A stretch of 64,000 nucleotides of DNA. Source: Tubiluchus corallicola. Its lineage: Eukaryota; Animalia; Priapulida. The notes under the pieces are model-generated. The model was not told the origin of the DNA. It did not search any database and worked only from the letters and a program-made list of their open reading frames with translations. Made by a program: the position numbers and the translations under genes. Below, piece after piece: positions 55,677 to 64,000 of the stretch. The stretch covers positions 434,530 through 498,529 of the forward strand of contig JAQGDQ010000147.1 of NCBI GenBank assembly GCA_030141605.1. The letters are read 5' to 3'. Each line of letters opens with the position of its first letter. Within the stretch, counting starts at the first letter, position 1.

Positions 55677-58469
55677 TCCTCCCTCTCTCCTGTCGATCTA
55701 AAACTGAAACGTTTGTTTTATTTATTTATTTTATTTTAAATTTAAATCAATGCATATACCACTATACAAACAATTAAGAAATGAAGTATATAAAACTATC
55801 TACAAAAGACAAACACGGTAAAAAGGAGTATGGGTTAGTAATAATAAATATAGAAGTTAGCAGTAAGTTCCAGTATTGGAAGTACAATGATTTACATCGA
55901 ATGTATGCATCAGTTATACAAGATAAAATGATAGTGCTGCTATTTAAAGTCCAATTTATTAGTCTAAAACACAGTTACTTTAAGACCTTAAAATAATCAG
56001 TATGACTGCATGCACAAATCACAGGCGCATGCCTACCGTATTCATATTTAAAAACTTTCGGAGGTAATATTGTGCAAAGAGCAAGGTTTTGCTAGACTGC
56101 AACTTATATACAATAGCTAGATGTTAATACAATAGAAACCAGAATAGTAAGATCTAAAAAATATGATTTAGTATTACGTGAGCAATAATGAAGTCTTGTG
56201 TACAGTACATTTGCACTCACATGAAACAAAGGTAATTGATTAGCAATATCTTTAATCCCCAGTGTAGTCACATGATAATACATGTCCCAAGTTTTTTTCA
56301 CTGTTACTATATTCAATTAGCTTGCTACCCATAAATACACTGCCAAATCATACATTTGATTTCACTGGCGCTAACAACTGTGTCGTATGTGCCGAGTATT
56401 CTTTACAACGACAAGACACAAAGAACTTTTATGTATTTGATCACAAAGGGTGTAATTGCTCTATAAATCTACATTCTACAGCAGTGTAAAATGAATAACA
56501 ACAATGCGCCATTTTATAGGAAATCTTTGACACAAGTAATTACAGGAGAGAATTCTTATTAGGCAAGTTTCATGCACATTTCGGATACATGGTCAGTATA
56601 GGCGGATTTAATGAAGGCGAAAATCGGATTTTTGTACTTATCTAAAAGTTTTTCCTAACAAAAAGGAAATTTTACTGATTTAATCGTTAAAAGTGTTAAG
56701 AAAGGCTATAAACTCAGTCTGAGTGGAATCATTGCGCTAACAAAAATTATGACGTCACCGAATTCGGATAACAGCGAAACTGGTCGTGCTGTACATGGAC
56801 TGAGGAACAAACCAACAGCACAACACTTTCACTGCAGCTTGCGACGATATTTCGCTTCATTGTGTCACCGAATATTTGACCTAGTGCCTGACATGACGGC
56901 TGAGTTGAGTTGAACAATGTATTGAGAGTAAAAGTCTAATTAACGTATACAGTTTATATTCGCATTTAATAGGACAAGTCGATATTTTTCGCGTGCACCC
57001 GCGGGCGATGGAGAAAGTCCGTTTGACAAAAACTGCGACAAAATTCAACACAGTCCATATTTAGCTAACGTTTTGTCAGGTGCTAATTATGTATTTATGA
57101 CATAAAATAACCATTATTCTCAGAAATAAACAAATGCCGCTTACGCATGTCTCACGAAACACCGAAAAAAGAAAATGTCTTAGCAGGTCAGAAATTAGAA
57201 ATTCTGACATCTTTTCAGGATTACATACATACCTAGGCAAATTAGATTTTTTCGTATCTTACGTGATTCTCCAATTAGAAATAAATTACCACAAATGCAA
57301 ATAAAATGCAATTTCAATATCGAAAAACGTTGAGTCTATTGTTTTACATGTAGGTCGAATTAAGTTATAATTAATGCAATCTACGATAAAGACTATAAAT
57401 ATATACAACGAAAAGGTAATCTGAACATGATTCTTTAAAAAGTAATGCCATGCGCGAAAAGTGAATGTTATTGCAATTTTCTGTCACTATTGTTCCTTTA
57501 AATAAAATGTCTGGCAAATTCTACATTGTAAACTAAATTCAGCCCATTTATGAATTCTTTTAAAACTAATTTAATAGATTTGATTTGTTGTTGAGCGTTG
57601 TATGATTGTATGAATGTACACACACACATATAAATCTTTATAAAATGAATGTCGTAATATTTGATAAAAGCGTTACAAAAGATATCCATCAGTGTTAGTA
57701 GACGAGCATACACTATTTAAGTCAAATGCGATAGGTTAGTAATCTAAAAAAAGTTAATTTGCTATTTTAAAAACTAAAATTTACAAATTACATCTATACA
57801 CATAGTTTGGTGCAAATACATCACAATCAGTTAACGAATCACAATTTTTCTGAACATTTTAAGACAAAAACAAATAATAATAATACAATTGTCCTAAGAA
57901 CAATACAACTCACATACTATTGCAACATTAAAAAATTTAAACCAAATACTTAATACATTACAACATATGAAGTCACAGTATAAGCATTATACCACATTAA
58001 AACACTATAGACAAATTTAGATGGGTAGGTAGATAGGGCGAGGTACGTAAAATTACTGTGTTGTTGTATGGTACCTTGGCACGTAGAATAATTATATTGT
58101 GACAATACGTGCGTTTCTAATTTCTAGTTTCTAGTTTAACTTGGTGCACTTTTCTACACCTCGGCATCTTCAACTATTTTACGAGAGAGCCTGATAAGTG
58201 AACCAGAATTTTAAAGATCGGTAACAAAAGTGCAAATAAATTTATGAAGCTATTGGACATATAAGAATCAAATTTTGGAAATCTATCCGTAACTGGAACA
58301 GTAATCTGATGAGTTTGCCTGCGATTTTGTTGAAATTTACGATATTGAGTTGTCTGGTCAGGTTTTTTTTAGATTCACTCTAGATTGGTGCTTATACAGC
58401 CTGAACAAACCAGATTCTTCAACAGTTCCTCATAAACGCATACTTGTCCAAAAGAACGAAAATGTGAAA

Positions 58470-58560
58470 AAGTCGCGGCAGAGCCTGGATTTGAACCAGG
58501 GACTTTCTGCTTACAAGACATGACTACAAGACTATTTTGCTCCAGTGCTCTGTCGCACAA
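58470..58560 (-). other. tRNA-derived SINE head / tRNA pseudogene
   Basis: The minus strand has TCCCTGGTTCAAATCCAGG (B box with a T-stem) after an anticodon-arm-like GTCTTGTAAGC. The 5' half does not fit a cloverleaf. Weaker B-box remnants lie near 2170 and 8425. Confidence 0.5.
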
Positions 58561-61500
58561 GTCGATAATTACGGGCTCATTCTACCAATAATCATAATAT
58601 CGAAATTCATCTTGAATCTTTTTGTTTCCCACATTAGAAAATCCAGTTGCAGTTGTGCAATTTATGTGTAAGCACATGCAACTTGTTTGCAAAGGTATGA
58701 CTGGTTCTTTCCTTTTCACTGAAGAAAACAGTGACCCAGATTTGATTCCTGTACCAGTGCGTGTCGCCGTGATCTTGAACTAATCGTCTCATGGCAAGCC
58801 TGCTTTCATCTTCTTACCCCAGGCGTTTATTCAATTTGTCTCTTCCAAAATCAGCATGATTTATATGTGACAAGCTACAACGTGTTATGCAGCACCGTAG
58901 CAGTCTCTTCATGGTACGGGTGTTAGTGCGAAGGTTTCTGTTATTGTCTCCTATTTATGCATATTTTGAACATGCCTCGCATGAGTAATGTCGTTTTCCG
59001 TGTCACGCAAGTTAGTGACGGCAAGTCAAAAGTTTTAGTTAGTGAAAAGTTATTTTGGTAAACTGGGAAAATTATCATTAAAGCATAACATGGAAAAATT
59101 ATATATTTTTATACAGTTTGACACAGGCAAAACGAAATCCACATCTCAGCAGTTAAGCTTATTCAATATGTTTGCAAGGGACCAGAATCTAGCCATTTAC
59201 AAACATAGCATTGATGAAATGCTATTTTCCTACATTAAAAACTGCAATTCTCGTATAACATACCATGACATAATATATATTTTTATGCACCTCAGCACTC
59301 TGCAAATGGACATCTGTTAACGGCAAGGTTTACATAATGTAGATAGTTGTGGAGGGACCGTAAATCATTAGCCCTTTCAAAAAGGACTAGTATGACATGA
59401 CAAGATATGACATGAAATGTTGTATGGATTGGCTTGGCATACTTACATGTAACATGCTAACGATAACGCAGGGTAAACAAACTACCATGAAAATGCTAGA
59501 CAATGGGACGTTTGTCAATTTTCTTCACCGTCACTGTTTTCCAATTTGTTAGCATTTTATGCATGTGAATCAAAGAACATTCCGTTGTTTAAAAAATATA
59601 GTTAGAACGGGTTGACATATTCTAAGTACTGGGTTGTTTCAGTAGCTTAATATATCACCAACCAAAACCATAATTTCGTAATTACTTTAATTGCGGCTCA
59701 TTAGACTGCGTTGTCTATAAAACTGAATGCCAAGTTGTTAAAAAGTAGGCTACCAATAAATTTTATAACTACGAATTGATCACTCTATAACTATCATTGT
59801 AACTCTTCTCGGTGTTAGTTCAGCTATAAATTGATCATTATAAGTGTTTTAATAATTTTTTGGGGTAGTTTGGATAATTTCGTGCAATAAAGTATTTTCA
59901 GTAATTTATGAAAAAAAGCTCAATCATTTTGATAATAAGGCAGGAATTTGTAAACGGTTTGGACTACTAAACGCGCTGATATGTTACTTCTGATTCCACA
60001 GCAATCGCGTCCACGTACGAGGTAAATAAAATTTCAAAAAATGTAAACGTAGTAACAGGTATTGTGCTAAAACTTAATTGTATTTTTTGCGAGTTTTCTG
60101 TACTTTGCTGCATCACTTTCAAAAATGCTGCTTCACGAATGAATATAAAAAAGGAAAAAAGAAACAAAAATGAAATTACCAAATAAATAAATTTATTTAT
60201 TAACTAATTAACAGATAACAAATAAATAAATAAACGGTTATTAAAGCCGAACAACAACACTATACATATTTCGATATAATCAAAAAAATTTCTGACGTTG
60301 TTACCTTACCTGTATTTAAGCTTTTAGGTCAGAAGAAAAAACAATGCTGTTGTAGTGTAACTACAACTTATCCTGCGCCTATGTGCTTAAGCCCTGATTA
60401 CATTTGTTAAATACCCTCACGGTAGAGTTAAATTCGAAATCAGTAAACTCAAGAATTTCCATAGGTCAAATCTGAAATTCTTTCTACTTTTTAGAGATAA
60501 CCAGTATCAACATAGTACTTGCTTTATCTGTGTGCAGGTCTTTTAAAACTGTTGTCGTTGAGCCAATTGTTAACTTATCTATTTCAAATTGCGGTCATTT
60601 CAGAAAGCTGATGCGGTTTTTTACGTCAAAGACAACAAATATCAACTGCTAAGTTGCGTAAATGATTGAACTCTCTATAGATAAAAATGAAACTAAAGAT
60701 ATTGTAATACATAGCTAAACTCATGCCTTTTATACTCACATTACAGGTCATTAATTTTGTTGAAAGATCTGAAACATTTTTTTTATAGAAGTCGCGTTCA
60801 AAATGAGCCAAACAAGCGGTGTTTCGATTACGACCTCTTCTGATATTCCCAGGATTCGGTTATAATTAATTAATTAATTAATTAACTAATTAAGGAAGCA
60901 AGTACTGACACTAATAAAAACTCCTACTCTTTAGGTAGCACATCACAAATAATTAATTAACGATTTATATCATTTAATAACCAATTTATTTTGCAATTTT
61001 TACATAAAGCTAAAAAATCGTTTTGAAATTTTGCATCACCAATTTGTTGTCTTTCTGCACACATAGCTTACATTAGCAATAACACTGAATAAAACTGGTA
61101 AACTCAAACTCCCGTGTTGACAGTTAGGCGTAGCCATTTAACAATCAGTCATTGAATAAAGAAAGAAAGTAAGTTCAGATAACATTGCGTGAAATTCGAA
61201 AAAACATTCAGAGCATTTGTAGTGCACACTTCTCTAACTAAGTAAAAATATAAATTCCTTATTTGGTCAATAAGATTGATATATGTGTTTTTTTTTATGA
61301 ACAAGTGACGTTTTGCACTAGGTACGAACATTTTAAATTACTAAGTACTAAGAACTTAACTTTTCCAGTTTTTCAAACAGGTATGGAAAGTTTTTTGGGA
61401 TATACTTTAAATTTCTCCTTTCTTCCCTTTAATGTATAATTATTATTAGATTTACAGGAAATCAAGTTGACTGATATCAATACATCAATGATATGCATTA

Positions 61501-62088
61501 CTAAATATTTCATTCTGTCAAGAAGTATTCTCCAATGGACCAATCAGACTCTTACTGAAGGTATTATCTTGTTATGACACCACCAACATGTATGGAAAAC
61601 CTTTCGCATGCTGTCTAACGGTACTCTACAGTCAATCTCCTACAGACGTAGCTCACACTTACTCTTATTATGGGTCAGTCATACTTTATCGCATTCAAAA
61701 TCTATTCAAGAAATACTATAACCGATTTCATTGCATTCAATTTGAAACGTACAGAAAATTGGTGACATGTAAAGTAAATAGTGATATGCAAAGCTACGTT
61801 ACTTTGGTGCTGACAGTAAAAACCATTAGCCCTGTGGCCGTTACCAATTCAGCGCTTTTGGTTCCACGTGTCATCAAAGAAACATAAAAATATCTGTGTT
61901 TGTGACACACCAATTAGTGTCAAACAAGTCGCACTATACCAGGTACATGCCACCAAACTGACTTAACCCACAAGTGAAAATTAGTCGCTTTTTCAACAAA
62001 AGCTAATAGGTGCAAATGTCACTCAGTTTAGTCCTTAATGGGCGAAGTGCTCTCATTTTAAAGAGGTTGAAGTGGGGCCATTTTTGGG

Positions 62089-62179
62089 TATATAAGCGTC
62101 CACGTAACAGTTATTTTCTGTCACTTTCCCTTTCTCTTTTATCACTAGAGGACGTCATCACAAGTTAACATTGGTAAGT
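62089..62179 (+). promoter_or_regulatory. TATA box and non-coding first exon of Gly/Tyr protein B
   Basis: TATATAAG at 62089, Inr-like TCACTT at 62121, donor G|GTAAGT at 62174, and acceptor ttttgtag at 62803 just before ATG 62810. Confidence 0.65.
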
Positions 62180-62809
62180 ACGAATTTCGTATAGTCAAAT
62201 GAAGTATGCATAAACTTTTTTCTCACAAGATTGTTTTGCTATTGCGCAACGGTATTTTTATGATCATACACAGATGGATAACTTTTATAAAAGCGTATTT
62301 ATTCAGTAAAACAAAAAACATTTTTCAAAATTTCTCATTTTCCCAGACAGATGGGGCGCTTAGTATCATAAAGGACCCATCATAACTGATATCAGACAGC
62401 GAATTAATAAACATAGTCCTATGAAAATGTTTTAGAATGTATTATAGCACATTGTTTTAGAATATATTGAAGTATTGTAGCACATTTACTATTGTTCCAT
62501 ATATCAACATCAATTTTTGTACTGTTGATGTTTTAGACGTTTTAACTTGCTAGGTTTACCGCATCAACCACAAAATTTCTTGACAAGCAGAAGTTCTTTG
62601 TGCAGGGAAAAAACGTTTCGATGTACGTAATTTTTTGTGTACGTCAATACTATTTTTCCTTAGCGTAGAGCAACTGCTTTGTTGGACATAACTAATAACA
62701 CCCTCTACGTGCATCGTTAGTTAATGCTGCCAAACTTTACTATTATGTAATTATTATTATTATTATGTATTATTATGTAAAGTATTACAATTTCATTTTG
62801 TAGGCAACA

Positions 62810-64000
62810 ATGAAGTTGTTACTAGTACTGGGACTAATTTTCACGGTAAGCAATAAACATACAGTTTATAGAATGTATATACCATATTTGTCGTGGCATT
62901 CTCTTTATCGCGTCATCATCATCATCACCACCACCACTACCGCCACCGCCACCACCATCACCACCTACACCACCACCACCACCACCACCACCACCACACA
63001 ATTTTGCAAGTTACCACACAAGTATTTTAAAAAATATACAATAAATAAGCTTGGCGCCTTCCTTTCATGAAACAGAAGCTCCGAATTTCGTTTTGCAAGG
63101 AAAAATTTTCTGGCAAAACTCATGACATCTATTTTGCAACTACACTTGAGACTAATAATGATCTAAAACTCTCTGTTGAGCTTCGAACCGTAAACCTCTC
63201 AACTAATAATGGTGCTGAAAAATTAGCAATGTTTAAATAGCTAGAAGTAATAAATACATTTTTTGCTTTGCAGTTGAGTAGAGTAGACTCCAGTGGTGTA
63301 AGTTTTGGTACTGGTGCTGGCTACGGAGGCGGTGTAGGCTATGGTGGCGGTCTTGGATATGGCGGTGGTGCAGGCTACAGTGGTGCGAATTATGGTGGTC
63401 AACCGTACGATGTTACATACGACAAGGGTTCCTACGGCGCTCATCTGAAAGCGGCTTCTGGAGAAAAAGCTGTTGCTGCTGCCGCGAAATCCGCTGGACG
63501 TCTGGTGGATGCCAATTATGCCTTGAAGGACAAAACCCATGCGGACTCCAAAACCAAGGTCCACGCTTACCAACATGCTTACAGGAAGGGCTATCAATGG
63601 GCTGAGCCAAAGGAGCACTACAGATACAGCAAACGCAGACCCATTTATGGTGGATACGGAGGATATGGAGGTGGATATGGATTAGGTGGCTATGGTGGGC
63701 ACGGTGGATTTGGAGGATATGGAAGTGGCCTTGGTGGTTACGGTGGATTTGGAGGTGGTTATGGTGGCTATGGTGGATTTGGTGGTTACGGTGGTTATGG
63801 GGGTGGCTATGGAGGTTATGGCGGTTACGGTGGCGGCCGCGGTGGTTACGGCGGGTTTGGTGGCGGCTATGGTGGTTATGGTGGCTATGGTGGATTTGGT
63901 GGTTACGGTGGTTATGGGGGTGGCTATGGAGGTTATGGCGGTTACGGTGGCGGCCGCGGTGGTTACGGCGGGTTTGGTGGCGGCTATGGTGGTTATGGTG
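62810..64000 (+). CDS. Secreted Gly/Tyr-rich structural protein B (3'-partial)
   Basis: Exon 62810-62845 (MKLLLVLGLIFT, donor gtaagc) splices in phase 0 to 63274->64000 (acceptor ctttgcag). Reads LSRVDSSGVSFGTGAGYGGGVGYGGG...AHLKAASGEKAVAAAAKS...HAYQHAYRKGYQW...YSKRRPIY(GGY/GGF)n and stays open to the window end, so it is absent from the ORF track. Confidence 0.9.
62913..62999. repeat. (CAT)n/(CAC)n intronic microsatellite
   Basis: Direct reading. Confidence 0.9.
63754..64000 (+). repeat. 117-bp coding tandem repeat (39-aa GGY/GGF/GGR unit)
   Basis: Units start at 63754, 63871 and 63988. The first two appear identical. Confidence 0.9.

Noticed and set aside
58470-58560. Functional tRNA gene
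   Set aside because: Only the B box/T-arm fits; the acceptor stem and D-arm do not form.
63241-63618. Minus-strand ORFs
   Set aside because: They are antisense shadows of the plus-strand Gly/Tyr-rich exon, which has splice and signal-peptide support.

Overview
AT-rich invertebrate (animal) genomic DNA. Most of the window (2757-44761, + strand; 5' end lies upstream) is one very large single-pass membrane protein gene. It has two copies of a 9-exon EGF/pentraxin cassette, then an 8.76-kb intronless exon with roughly 70-75 EGF repeats, a WAP domain, a transmembrane helix and a 16-aa tail. One intron holds a complete, very young BEL/Pao LTR retrotransposon on the - strand (22068-29814; 422-bp LTRs with one mismatch; GGTAC target-site duplication). 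Its single open polyprotein carries an in-frame, intronless glycogenin (GT8 glucosyltransferase) core between an N-terminal SAP domain and Gag, which is the standout observation. Downstream are two divergently transcribed genes for secreted Gly/Tyr-rich proteins. Decayed LINE fragments, several MITEs, a tRNA-like SINE head and many microsatellites are also present. Domain calls rest on motif recognition from memory; no searches were run.
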